Shown one piece after another: positions 1 to 9,527 of a stretch of DNA of 64,000 nt (positions are counted from its first letter, which is position 1; every line of letters begins with the position of its first letter). This DNA comes from an uncultured Pelagibacteraceae bacterium (GTDB lineage Bacteria; Pseudomonadota; Alphaproteobacteria; Pelagibacterales; Pelagibacteraceae): positions 14,860 through 78,859 of the forward strand of contig CACDSN010000004.1 in assembly GCA_902555465.1 (NCBI GenBank), written 5' to 3'. Both the position numbers and the translations under genes were made by a program. Below the pieces are notes generated by a model that saw only the letters and a list, made by a program, of their open reading frames with translations, did no database searches and had not been told where the DNA came from.

Positions 1-258
1 AGAGTCCTCAGGATAATTCTCTGCATCATTTGCACATATAGCAACAGCATTAATGCCAAGTTTTTGTAATTCAGTGCAATCTTCTACTATTTCTTTTGTA
101 ACCGCCTTAACATAAGGGCAATGATTACAAATAAACATTATCAGAGTTCCATTTTCACCTTTTATGTCATTAAGAGATAAAATTTTGTTATCAGTTGATT
201 TAAGTTTAAAGTCGGGCGCCTTCTTGCCAAAATCACATATTGGAGTTTCTATAGCCAT
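1..258 (-). CDS. Thioredoxin-fold/AhpC-TSA redoxin family protein (5' part; runs off window start)
   Basis: Not in ORF track; manual translation from ATG at 258 gives MAIETPICDFGKKAPDFKLKS...MFICNHCPYVKAV with a CxxC (CNHC) motif. Confidence 0.85.
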   Translation of the reverse strand, partial: MAIETPICDFGKKAPDFKLKSTDNKILSLNDIKGENGTLIMFICNHCPYVKAVTKEIVEDCTELQKLGINAVAICANDAENYPEDS

Positions 259-278
259 AATGTATTATTATATAAATT

Positions 279-791
279 ATGTTTTACGATTTAAAAGATA
301 AAAAACCAAAAAACTCTGGCAAAAATTGGGTAGCCCCAAACGCAGTAGTAATAGGAGATGTCACATTAGATAAGAATTCTAGTATTTGGTTTAATGCGAC
401 ATTAAGAGGAGATATTGAAAATATTCATATAGGTGAGGGGTCAAATGTTCAAGATGGTAGTGTTTTGCATACAGATCCTGGATGTCCTTTAAAAGTTGGA
501 AAAAATGTTACAGTTGGTCATATGGTTATGCTTCATGGATGTACGATAGGGGATAATAGTTTAATTGGAATTGGTGCAGTGATTCTCAATAATGCAAAAA
601 TTGGAAAAAATTGTATCATTGGCGCAAAAGCTTTAATTACAGAGAATAAAGAGATACCAGACAACTCACTTGTTATTGGTTCACCGGGTAAGGTTGTAAG
701 AGAAGTTACAGAAGAGGAAAAGAAAGCAGTTTGGGAAAATACCAAACATTATCAAGACAATTGGAAAAAATATTCAGAGTCGATCTTTTAA
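279..791 (+). CDS. Gamma carbonic anhydrase family protein (YrdA/PaaY-like)
   Basis: Hexapeptide repeats, [13 protein letters not shown] and GHMVMLHGC metal-ligand His pattern. Confidence 0.9.
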   Translation: MFYDLKDKKPKNSGKNWVAPNAVVIGDVTLDKNSSIWFNATLRGDIENIHIGEGSNVQDGSVLHTDPGCPLKVGKNVTVGHMVMLHGCTIGDNSLIGIGAVILNNAKIGKNCIIGAKALITENKEIPDNSLVIGSPGKVVREVTEEEKKAVWENTKHYQDNWKKYSESIF

Positions 792-1387
792 GGAACTAAC
801 CAAGCATTTTTGTTAGTTTCAAAATCAAACTTAGCTCTTCGATGTCCTTTGGCTGCAAGATATAGCCATTCAATAGATTTAATTTTACATTTAATAACCG
901 TAAAGTTTTTATAACCTTCCTCACTTTGTTCCATCGTATAATCAAAATCCTCTAACTTAGATATCATACCAGATGTAGGTTTTTCTGATGTAGTTCCTGG
1001 AGGACTATCTGTTAAATAACAACGTCTGCTTATATGCTGAGTTTTTTTCCAAGATTCCTCTGTTGTAGAATTTTGATTATTTATTTCACAAACAACTTTA
1101 ACCCTTAATTGAATTTTTTCCTCTTTGTCATAAAAAAGGAATGAAGCTTTATTGTTTTTTTTTAGAATATCCACTTTTGGAGATCTAAGATCGGTATGGA
1201 ATTGCAATAGATTATTTTCTTTATCAGATTTTCTTAGTACAACTATTCTTCCATCAATTTCATCTTGATGAGCACACATAAAAACAGGAATTCTAAAAGG
1301 AGAGGCTCTATTGGTAACAGCATCATCTAACATAGACCAATACTTGTTTTGAATTTCTTTTAAATTTTCGTAGTATGCTGGTTGCAT
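788..1387 (-). CDS. Pyridoxamine 5'-phosphate oxidase-related FMN-binding protein
   Basis: [18 protein letters not shown] and terminal WLVP motifs. Confidence 0.8.
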   Translation of the reverse strand: MQPAYYENLKEIQNKYWSMLDDAVTNRASPFRIPVFMCAHQDEIDGRIVVLRKSDKENNLLQFHTDLRSPKVDILKKNNKASFLFYDKEEKIQLRVKVVCEINNQNSTTEESWKKTQHISRRCYLTDSPPGTTSEKPTSGMISKLEDFDYTMEQSEEGYKNFTVIKCKIKSIEWLYLAAKGHRRAKFDFETNKNAWLVP

Positions 1388-1393
1388 ACAATT

Positions 1394-2263
1394 TTACTTT
1401 CTAAATCTTCTGATTAAACTTGATGTATCCCAACGGTTGCCACCCATTTCTTGAACTTCTTCGTAATATTTATCTACAAGTTCAGTGATAGGTAATAAAG
1501 AACCGTTATTTTTAGCTTCATCCATGGCAATTTTTAAATCTTTTCTCATCCAATCAACTGCAAATCCAAAGTCAAATTTATCATCAATCATTGTTTTGTA
1601 TCTATTTTCCATTTGCCATGATTGAGCAGCACCTTTTGATATAACTTCAATTACATCTTCCATGTTTAATCCAGCCTTCATACCAAAATTTATTCCTTCT
1701 GATAAACCTTGGACTAACCCAGCAATACATATTTGATTTACCATCTTTGCAAGCTGACCACTTCCAGCTTTTCCAAGAAGTTTCATTTTTTTGCTATAGC
1801 AATCTATTTTATCTTTAGCTTTATCAAAATCTGCCTGATCTCCACCAATCATAACAGTAAGAGCACCATTTTCTGCACCAGCCTGACCACCTGATACAGG
1901 AGCATCTAAAAAACCCCAGCCGTGTGCTTTAGAATTTTTATATAATTTTCTAGCAATTTCAGCTGATGCAGTAGTATTATCAATATGAACCGCACCTTTT
2001 TTAATTGTGTTGTAAATTCCATCTTTACCAATTGTAACTTCTGACAAATCATCATCATTTCCAACGCATGTAAAAACAAAGTCAGCACCTTCAGCAGCTT
2101 TTGCTGGTGTATCTGCTTTTGACCCTTTGTATTCTGATACCCACTTTTCAGCTTTGGATTTGGTTCGATTAAAAACAGTTACATTATGTCCAGCTTTTGA
2201 TATATATCCAGCCATTGGATAACCCATTACACCAAGACCGATGAAAGTAACATTACAAGTCAT
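1394..2263 (-). CDS. NAD(P)-dependent beta-hydroxyacid dehydrogenase (3-hydroxyisobutyrate/tartronate-semialdehyde reductase family)
   Basis: FIGLGVMG, DAPVSGG, KMVNQ and MRKDL motifs. Confidence 0.9.
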   Translation of the reverse strand: MTCNVTFIGLGVMGYPMAGYISKAGHNVTVFNRTKSKAEKWVSEYKGSKADTPAKAAEGADFVFTCVGNDDDLSEVTIGKDGIYNTIKKGAVHIDNTTASAEIARKLYKNSKAHGWGFLDAPVSGGQAGAENGALTVMIGGDQADFDKAKDKIDCYSKKMKLLGKAGSGQLAKMVNQICIAGLVQGLSEGINFGMKAGLNMEDVIEVISKGAAQSWQMENRYKTMIDDKFDFGFAVDWMRKDLKIAMDEAKNNGSLLPITELVDKYYEEVQEMGGNRWDTSSLIRRFRK

Positions 2264-2271
2264 AATTTTTT

Positions 2272-3480
2272 ATGTTTAAAAGTTTAAGTTTAAAAGTAAT
2301 TATATTTGGATTTATATTTACATTTTTTTCTAGCTTTGGACAGAGTTTTTTTTTAGGACTTTTTAACTCAAGTATTAGAAACGAACTCTCTATTACTCAT
2401 GGTCAGTTTGGCTCGATATATGCATCAGCAACCTTATTAAGTAGTTTTCTTTTGATTTGGGTTGGAAAAAAAATAGATGACATTAATATTTCGAAATTTG
2501 CTTTATTTGTAATTTTATTACTCTCTTTTTCATCTTTTTTCTTTTCAAAAATATCATCTGTATTTTTGTTATTTATTGCAATTTTTTTAATGAGATTCGC
2601 AGGACAAGGTATGATGTCTCATACTGCAACAACAACTATTTCAAGATATTTTACAAAATCTAGAGGAAAGGCATTAAGCACTGGATGGTTTGGTCTATCA
2701 ACAGCAGAGTTTATTCTTCCTGTATTAATTGTATATCTTTTAGCAATTTATAATTGGAAACATATCTGGATTACAATTTCTTTGATTGTAATAATTTTTT
2801 TACCTATTGCCTCTTACCTACTTGTAAAAAATTTAAATTTTGAGTCCAGAGAAACGCAAGAGGACGAAAATTCCTCAGAGGATAAAATTAAAGACTGGAA
2901 GCGAATTGAAGTTATTAAAGATTTTAGATTTTATGTGGTATGTGCAAATATGCTTGCGATGCCATGGATTGCCACAGGTACTTTTGTTTATCAATCTTTT
3001 ATTTTAGAATCTAAAAACTGGGGACCATTTATTATCGCCCAATCTTTCATGGCTTACTCAATACTATCTGTAATAACTTTATTTTTATCAGGTTTTTTAA
3101 TAGACAAGTTTACCAGTAGAAAATTATTAATTTTTATGAATATTCCTCTGTTACTTGCTGTAATAGTGATAATGTATTTTAATCATCCCATAACCGCATT
3201 TGTCTTTCTTGGTTTAATTGGAATTTCAAACGGATTCGCAAACGTTCTAGGTTCTTCGACATGGGCTGAAATTTATGGAGTAAAATATATTGGTTCAATA
3301 AAAGCATTAACTACTGCTTTAATGGTTTTTGCAACAGCTTTTGGTACAGCCTTGTTTGGAGTATTGATTGATAGGGGCTTTTCAATCGAGCAGATTGCTC
3401 TAATTTCATCGATTTATATATCAATTTCTTTGATTTCTCTTTTACTTATAAGAAATAAATTAAACCCTACAAAAATATAA
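2272..3480 (+). CDS. MFS transporter
   Basis: 402 aa, about 12 hydrophobic segments, GKKIDD / GFLIDKFTSR motif-A-like loops. Confidence 0.85.
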   Translation: MFKSLSLKVIIFGFIFTFFSSFGQSFFLGLFNSSIRNELSITHGQFGSIYASATLLSSFLLIWVGKKIDDINISKFALFVILLLSFSSFFFSKISSVFLLFIAIFLMRFAGQGMMSHTATTTISRYFTKSRGKALSTGWFGLSTAEFILPVLIVYLLAIYNWKHIWITISLIVIIFLPIASYLLVKNLNFESRETQEDENSSEDKIKDWKRIEVIKDFRFYVVCANMLAMPWIATGTFVYQSFILESKNWGPFIIAQSFMAYSILSVITLFLSGFLIDKFTSRKLLIFMNIPLLLAVIVIMYFNHPITAFVFLGLIGISNGFANVLGSSTWAEIYGVKYIGSIKALTTALMVFATAFGTALFGVLIDRGFSIEQIALISSIYISISLISLLLIRNKLNPTKI

Positions 3481-3486
3481 AAATCC

Positions 3487-3515
3487 TTGATTTTGTTTAT
3501 ATCGGAGTATAAATA
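3487..3515 (+). promoter_or_regulatory. Putative sigma70 promoter of rpoZ (TTGATT-N17-TAAATA), probably leaderless
   Basis: Hexamers at 3487-3492 and 3510-3515; ATG at 3522; no SD visible. Confidence 0.5.
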
Positions 3516-3521
3516 CCACGC

Positions 3522-4031
3522 ATGGCAAGAGTAACAGTAGAAGATTGTATTGATAAAGTAGATAGTCCTTATCAACTAGTATTAGTGGCGAAAGAAAGAG
3601 TAACTCAACTCAACTCTGGAATTGAACCAACTTTACCAAGAGATAATGATAAAAACACAGTCATCTCTCTAAGAGAAATAGCTGAAGAAAAAGTTAAAGT
3701 TACAGAATTAGTTGATAGCGCAGTATACAAATTAAGAAAACATGTTGAGCAAATAGACGATGTATCAGAAGAAGATGAAGAAATCGGAGATGATTTTGAA
3801 AATCTTTATAAAGGTGAAATTTCAAAAAGCGGTGTACCTATTCTTCCATCAAAAAGAGCAAGAAAAATTCCAGAAAAAATTCAAGTTTCAAAAGAAGATC
3901 TAGCAGAATTGACAAATGCTCCAGATGTTCAGGCCGAAGAAACAGAAACTGGGGAAGTTTCATTAGACCAAATGAGTGAAGAGGAAAATAATGAAGCTGC
4001 TACAGAAGATTCAGAAACTTCAAATAGCTAA
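3522..4031 (+). CDS. rpoZ: RNA polymerase omega subunit with long acidic C-terminal tail
   Basis: MARVTVEDC...LVLVA...[14 protein letters not shown], the alphaproteobacterial omega signature. Confidence 0.95.
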   Translation: MARVTVEDCIDKVDSPYQLVLVAKERVTQLNSGIEPTLPRDNDKNTVISLREIAEEKVKVTELVDSAVYKLRKHVEQIDDVSEEDEEIGDDFENLYKGEISKSGVPILPSKRARKIPEKIQVSKEDLAELTNAPDVQAEETETGEVSLDQMSEEENNEAATEDSETSNS

Positions 4032-4061
4032 TTAAATAATATATTAATTCTCTAAATTTTT

Positions 4062-5045
4062 ATGAATAGACTAGTTTCAGTTGCGCCCATGATGGATTGT
4101 ACAGATCGTCATGAAAGATATTTTTTAAGATTGATTAGCAAGAATGTGCTTCTTTATACTGAAATGATTGTTTCAGAAGCAATTGATAGGGGTGACAAAA
4201 AAAAACTTTTAGATTTTAATATTAAAGAAAAACCAGTAGCACTTCAATTGGGTGGATCGTCACCCAAGCTTTTATCAAGCGCAACAAAAATTGGTGAAGA
4301 TTTTGGTTATGATGAAATTAATTTAAATTTAGGTTGTCCGAGTAAAAAAGTTCAAAAAAATAAATTTGGCGCGTGTTTAATGAAAGAACCAAATTTAGTT
4401 GCGGATTGCTTAAATGAGATGGTTGCATCTACAAAGCTACCAGTGACAGTTAAAACTAGAATTGGTTACGATAATGTAGAAGATTATGAAAATATTTACA
4501 ACTTTATAAACCTTTTATCAAAAACAGGAGTAAAAACATTTATTATGCATGCAAGAAAAGCAATGCTCGGAAAATTTACACCAAAACAAAATCTTAATAT
4601 ACCTCCTTTAAAATATGAAGTTGTTTACAAATTAAAAAAAGATTTTCCCAATCTTGAAATTATTATCAATGGTGGAATTACAAGCACAGATCATATTAAA
4701 GATCATCTTAAACAAGTTGATGGTGTTATGATTGGAAGATCAGTTTATCATTCACCATATTTTCTAGCAGACATTGAAAAAGATATTTTTTTAAATGAAA
4801 ATATTTTAACTAGAGAGGAAGTTATAAAAGAGTTAATTGATTATGTTAAATTTGAAATTAAAAAAGGAACTAAGCTTCATCATATAATGAGACATACACT
4901 TGGTTTGTATCATGGAATATCCGGATCAAGTTTCTGGAAAAGATATTTAAGTGAAAATATGTGTGTCAGAGATGCTGACGTTCAAAAAGTAGATCATATC
5001 TTAGATAAGGTTAAGTATCCACACCAACAAGAAGTGAGCATTTAA
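4062..5045 (+). CDS. dusA: tRNA dihydrouridine synthase A
   Basis: APMMDCTDRH, NLNLGCPS, IPPLKYE, INGGI, VMIGR. Confidence 0.93.
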   Translation: MNRLVSVAPMMDCTDRHERYFLRLISKNVLLYTEMIVSEAIDRGDKKKLLDFNIKEKPVALQLGGSSPKLLSSATKIGEDFGYDEINLNLGCPSKKVQKNKFGACLMKEPNLVADCLNEMVASTKLPVTVKTRIGYDNVEDYENIYNFINLLSKTGVKTFIMHARKAMLGKFTPKQNLNIPPLKYEVVYKLKKDFPNLEIIINGGITSTDHIKDHLKQVDGVMIGRSVYHSPYFLADIEKDIFLNENILTREEVIKELIDYVKFEIKKGTKLHHIMRHTLGLYHGISGSSFWKRYLSENMCVRDADVQKVDHILDKVKYPHQQEVSI

Positions 5046-5879
5046 TTGATTGGCCAAATTTTAGAAAATCAATATTTACTATTTATAATATTAATGGTTA
5101 TAACAGCTTTTCCAGTTGGTTTTTTTGCTGGATTATTTGGTATAGGTGGTGGATTAATTACAGTACCTTTTTTATTTTTTATATTTAGTTCACTTGATAT
5201 AGATCCAAATTACGTTATGCACTTAGCGGTTGGAACATCATTTTCTATCATTATACCTACATCTTTTGTTTCGGTGTACACACACAATAAACACGGAGCT
5301 GTAGATCTTCAAATAATAAAGTCATATGCGCTTTTCGTTATTATTGGTGTAATCGCTGGAACATTGCTAGCATCGATTATGAAAACAAAAGGTTTAATTT
5401 TATTTTTTACAATAATTGTTTATTTTTTAAGTATTTATTTGTTATTTTTGAAAGAAAAAGCTCAAGATACAAAACCTAATTTTAATCTACTTCCAAAAAT
5501 AGTTTTTGGATTTATTTCGGGATTTGTTTCCGCACCTATGGGAATAGGTGGAGCCGTGATGAATGTTCCTATTCTTAAATATTTTGGTTATCCAATAAAT
5601 AAAGCTATTGGAAGTGCTGCAGCTATTGGCTTTTTTATTGCTTTATTTGGAGCAATAGGGTTTTTAATTTCTGGTTCATATCTAGATGCAGATCTTCCAT
5701 TAAGTGTTGGTTTTATTAATATTCCAGCGCTATTAATTTTTATACCTATTACAACTTTTATGGCAAAGTTAGGAGCGAACGCTGTACATAAAATTGAAAA
5801 ACAAAAAATTACAAAGTTTTTTGGTATATTTCTTTTAGTTGTGGGGAGTATATTTTTGTATAGATATCTAAATATATAA
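5046..5879 (+). CDS. TauE/SafE (TSUP) family membrane transporter
   Basis: Duplicated GLFGIGGG / APMGIGGA motifs, AVGTS, 8-9 TM segments; TTG start. Confidence 0.88.
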   Translation: MIGQILENQYLLFIILMVITAFPVGFFAGLFGIGGGLITVPFLFFIFSSLDIDPNYVMHLAVGTSFSIIIPTSFVSVYTHNKHGAVDLQIIKSYALFVIIGVIAGTLLASIMKTKGLILFFTIIVYFLSIYLLFLKEKAQDTKPNFNLLPKIVFGFISGFVSAPMGIGGAVMNVPILKYFGYPINKAIGSAAAIGFFIALFGAIGFLISGSYLDADLPLSVGFINIPALLIFIPITTFMAKLGANAVHKIEKQKITKFFGIFLLVVGSIFLYRYLNI

Positions 5880-5883
5880 AATC

Positions 5884-5915
5884 GGGAGCGGTTTCAGTCT
5901 CCCTCTGCCACTCCC
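5884..5915. other. GC-rich stem-loop between convergent genes (terminator or small structured RNA)
   Basis: Minus strand GGGAGTGG-CAG-AGGGAGA-CTG-AAA-CCGCTCCC: 8-bp outer stem with one G-U and a 3-bp inner stem. Confidence 0.6.
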
Positions 5916-5976
5916 TTAAATATCTTATATCTGATTCTCTCTATTTTAATTAACTCTTATTAATTGAATCTTGAAT

Positions 5977-7422
5977 TTATATTTTTTGATCGTATTCTCC
6001 AATTTTCCCAGTTTGCTGGAGCAGAGCATCTATAAAATAGAATATATTTTTCTTTCTATCGTCAGATGTAGGGCTTTCAGTAACGATTACTAAAGATGGT
6101 TTATTTGATGAAGCTCTAATCAAACCCCATGAACCGTCTTTAAGGCTAAACCTAACACCATTTACTGTTAAGATATTATTAATTTCTTGACCATCAATCT
6201 TTTGGTTGTTTTCTTTAGAATTTATTATTTTTTTAGTTATTTCCTCAATAACTCCATATTTTTCTTCATCCTTGCAAAAAGGTCCCATAGTTGGACTTTG
6301 ATATGTTTTTGGTAGAGAAGTAATTAATTTGCTGAGTTTATGTTCTTCATTATCAAGCAATTTACAAACTTGTATTGCGGAATTTATACCATCGTCGTAT
6401 CCATATCCCAATGGTTGATTAAAAAAGAAATGTCCGCTTTTTTCAAAGCCTGCAATTGCATTATCCTCATTAACCTTTTTTTTTATATATGAGTGTCCTG
6501 TTTTCCAATAGACTGTTTGGCAATTGTTTTGTTTTAAAATTTCATCATTTTCATACAATCCTGTAGATTTTACATCTACAATGAATTTATTTTTAGGGTA
6601 TTTTTTTGAAATATCTCTTGCTAGCAAAAGACCAATTTTATCAGAAAATATTTCATTTCCCAATTCATCTACAACTCCTACACGATCACCATCCCCATCA
6701 AAACCAAAGCCTACATCTGCTTTATTTTCTTTTACGCAATTCGCAATTTCATGAAGCATTTTTAGATCTTCTGGATTTGGATTATATTTTGGAAAAGTAA
6801 AGTCTAAATTACAGTCTAATTCAATCACCTCACATCCAATGTTTTTTAGTATCTCTGGAGCAAATACTCCAGCCGTTCCATTTCCACATGCAGCTACTAC
6901 TTTAAGTCGTTTATTAATTTTATTTATAGATAAATGTTCAATGTATTTTGATTTATAATTTTCAATCTTTTTATAAGTTCCTTTTCCGTTTTCAAATCTC
7001 TTTTCTAATACTATCTTTTTTAATTCCCTCATCTCTTCATAACAATGAGTTAGTCCTTTTTTGATACCCATTTTTATACCTGTCCAGCCATTTTCATTAT
7101 GGCTTGCGGTAATCATTGCAACGGCATCAGAATTAAGATCAAATTGTGAAAAATAAATTGTGGGTGAAAGACATAAACCAAGATCTTCCACATTGCATCC
7201 AGTTGAAACCAAACCCTCTACAAAATGGTTTTTCACTTCTTCGCTGTACGACCTATAATCGTAACCAATAGTAACTCTCGCATTTTTTTTAAATCTAATA
7301 ATTTGGGATCCAAAGCCTTTTCCTACCTCCCTGATTCCCGCTCCATTTATTTTTTTTGGATATAACCATCGTGCGTCATATTCTCTAAAGCCAAAAGGGT
7401 CGATTTTTATAGTTTCAGACAT
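5977..7422 (-). CDS. Phosphomannomutase/phosphoglucomutase
   Basis: FREYDAR, ITASHN phosphoserine loop, FDGDGDR metal loop, EKSGH, RASSN. Confidence 0.93.
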   Translation of the reverse strand: MSETIKIDPFGFREYDARWLYPKKINGAGIREVGKGFGSQIIRFKKNARVTIGYDYRSYSEEVKNHFVEGLVSTGCNVEDLGLCLSPTIYFSQFDLNSDAVAMITASHNENGWTGIKMGIKKGLTHCYEEMRELKKIVLEKRFENGKGTYKKIENYKSKYIEHLSINKINKRLKVVAACGNGTAGVFAPEILKNIGCEVIELDCNLDFTFPKYNPNPEDLKMLHEIANCVKENKADVGFGFDGDGDRVGVVDELGNEIFSDKIGLLLARDISKKYPKNKFIVDVKSTGLYENDEILKQNNCQTVYWKTGHSYIKKKVNEDNAIAGFEKSGHFFFNQPLGYGYDDGINSAIQVCKLLDNEEHKLSKLITSLPKTYQSPTMGPFCKDEEKYGVIEEITKKIINSKENNQKIDGQEINNILTVNGVRFSLKDGSWGLIRASSNKPSLVIVTESPTSDDRKKNIFYFIDALLQQTGKIGEYDQKI

Positions 7423-7496
7423 GTGGATATATCTACATTTTTTTTGGTTTTTTGTTGAATAAAAAAACTAATTTTCTATAAATGTTCTCTTGAATT

Positions 7497-7543
7497 GTAG
7501 TTTATATAGTATATTAACCTTTTCAACACACAACATATAGTTG
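7497..7543 (+). promoter_or_regulatory. Tandem NrdR boxes upstream of nrdA
   Basis: ACACAACATATAGTTG (7528-7543) fits acaCwAtATaTwGtgt; a weaker box GTAGTTTATATAGTAT (7497-7512) lies 31 bp upstream. Confidence 0.7.
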
Positions 7544-7580
7544 TTTTACATAAGTTTAACGTTTAAAATAAGGAAGATAC

Positions 7581-9527
7581 ATGAATAAAGTCTTGTCTCA
7601 AGCCATTAAAAAAGCTGTCTCAGAATATACTAATAATAATGTAATTAATATTGAAGATAACTCTCAAAAAAGACCAGACTTATTCTCACTTTCAGACAAT
7701 ACAGAACTATTTCAAAATTCAAAAGGTATCACAATCAAGATTGACAGATCTAAAGATGAAAATTTAACTGATTTTGGAAAAGCAACATTAAGTGACAGAT
7801 ATTTGGGTCAAAATGAGTCTTTTCAAGATTTATTTGCGAGAGTTGCAAGTCATTATGCAGATGACAATCTGCATGCTCAAAGATTATATAATTATATTAG
7901 TAATTTATGGTTTATGCCAGCAACTCCTGTTCTGTCTAACGGTGGAACAAAAAGGGGTTTGCCTATCTCATGTTTTTTAAATGAGGCTGGAGATAGTTTA
8001 CATGGAATTTTAGATTTATGGAGTGAAAATGTTTGGCTTGCCGCAAAAGGTGGTGGTATTGGAAGTTATTGGGGAAATTTAAGATCGATTGGAGAAAAAA
8101 TTGGAAGAGTAGGAAAGACTTCCGGAATTATTCCTTTTATAAAAGTTATGGACTCTTTAACAATGGCTATTAGTCAAGGCTCATTAAGAAGAGGGTCTGC
8201 AGCATGTTATCTTCCAATTGATCATCCAGAAATAGAAGAATTTATTGAAATGAGAAGACCAACAGGTGGAGATCCAAATAGAAGATCACTAAATCTACAT
8301 CATGGAGTTCTTGTAAGTGATGCATTTATGAGAGCAGTAGAATTGGATGAACAATGGGCTTTGAAAAGTCCTAAAGATGGAGCAGTCCAGTCAACAGTTT
8401 CAGCCAGAAATTTATGGATACGGCTTTTAACAGCTAGAGTTGAAACTGGCGAACCGTATATAATTTATATTGATACAGTTAATAGACAAATTCCGCAGCA
8501 TCATAAACTTGCTGGCTTAACTGTAAAAACTTCAAACTTATGTAGTGAAATTACTTTACCAACAGGAGTTGATAAAGAAGGCAGAGATAGAACAGCCGTT
8601 TGTTGTTTGTCATCTTTAAATTTAGAAAAATACGATGAATGGAAAGATGATAAAAACTTTGTTAAAGATGTGATGAGATTTTTAGATAATGTATTAACTG
8701 ATTTCATTGAAAGAGCACCAGAAGAATTTAGTGATGCAACTTATTCTGCAATGAAAGAAAGAAGTGTAGGTTTGGGAGTTATGGGAATGCACTCCTATTT
8801 TCAGCAAAAAATGATACCTTTCGAGTCAGTAATGGCTAAAGTTTGGAATAAAAAAATATTCAAAAATATTCAAGAACAAGTTGATCAAGCATCTAAAGAT
8901 TTAGCGGAAGAAAGAGGTCCTTGCCCAGACGCTTCTGAGTATGGTATAAATGAAAGATTTTCAAATAAAACTGCAATTGCACCCACTGCCTCAATATCAA
9001 TTATTTGTGGTGGCGCATCTCCAGGGGTTGAACCAATAGCAGCAAATAGTTATACTCATAAAACTCTTTCAGGCTCATTTAATGTTAGAAATAAATATCT
9101 TGCTAAACTTTTAGATAAACATTCTAAAAATGACGATGAGACATGGTCAGGTATAACTACTAATCAAGGGTCTGTATCACATCTTGATTTCTTAACTCAA
9201 GAGGAAAAAGATGTATTTAAAACAGCTTTTGAACTAGACCAAAGGTGGATAATTGATTTAGGTGCTGACAGGACACCTTATATATCTCAAGCTCAATCAA
9301 TAAATATATTCATACCTGCAGATATTCATAAAAGAGACTTACATCAAATTCATTTTCAAGCTTGGAAAAAAGGGTTGAAAAGCCTTTATTATTGTAGATC
9401 CAAATCAATACAAAGAGCTGAAAATGTAAATGATACAAAATCAACGGATGTTACATCCAATGTCTATAAATCAAAAAACACTAAAAATGAACAACCAGAA
9501 TACGAGGAGTGCTTATCATGTCAGTAG
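7581..9527 (+). CDS. nrdA: Ribonucleoside-diphosphate reductase class Ia alpha subunit
   Basis: ATPVLSN, PISCF, SNLCSE, APTASIS, KSLYY and C-terminal CLSCQ. Confidence 0.97.
   Translation: MNKVLSQAIKKAVSEYTNNNVINIEDNSQKRPDLFSLSDNTELFQNSKGITIKIDRSKDENLTDFGKATLSDRYLGQNESFQDLFARVASHYADDNLHAQRLYNYISNLWFMPATPVLSNGGTKRGLPISCFLNEAGDSLHGILDLWSENVWLAAKGGGIGSYWGNLRSIGEKIGRVGKTSGIIPFIKVMDSLTMAISQGSLRRGSAACYLPIDHPEIEEFIEMRRPTGGDPNRRSLNLHHGVLVSDAFMRAVELDEQWALKSPKDGAVQSTVSARNLWIRLLTARVETGEPYIIYIDTVNRQIPQHHKLAGLTVKTSNLCSEITLPTGVDKEGRDRTAVCCLSSLNLEKYDEWKDDKNFVKDVMRFLDNVLTDFIERAPEEFSDATYSAMKERSVGLGVMGMHSYFQQKMIPFESVMAKVWNKKIFKNIQEQVDQASKDLAEERGPCPDASEYGINERFSNKTAIAPTASISIICGGASPGVEPIAANSYTHKTLSGSFNVRNKYLAKLLDKHSKNDDETWSGITTNQGSVSHLDFLTQEEKDVFKTAFELDQRWIIDLGADRTPYISQAQSINIFIPADIHKRDLHQIHFQAWKKGLKSLYYCRSKSIQRAENVNDTKSTDVTSNVYKSKNTKNEQPEYEECLSCQ

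Noticed and set aside
6473..6484. Other long A/T homopolymers in coding regions as phase-variation sites
   Set aside because: Ubiquitous Lys/Phe-codon runs in an AT-rich genome with intact frames; only the 42259 tract coincides with a broken ORF
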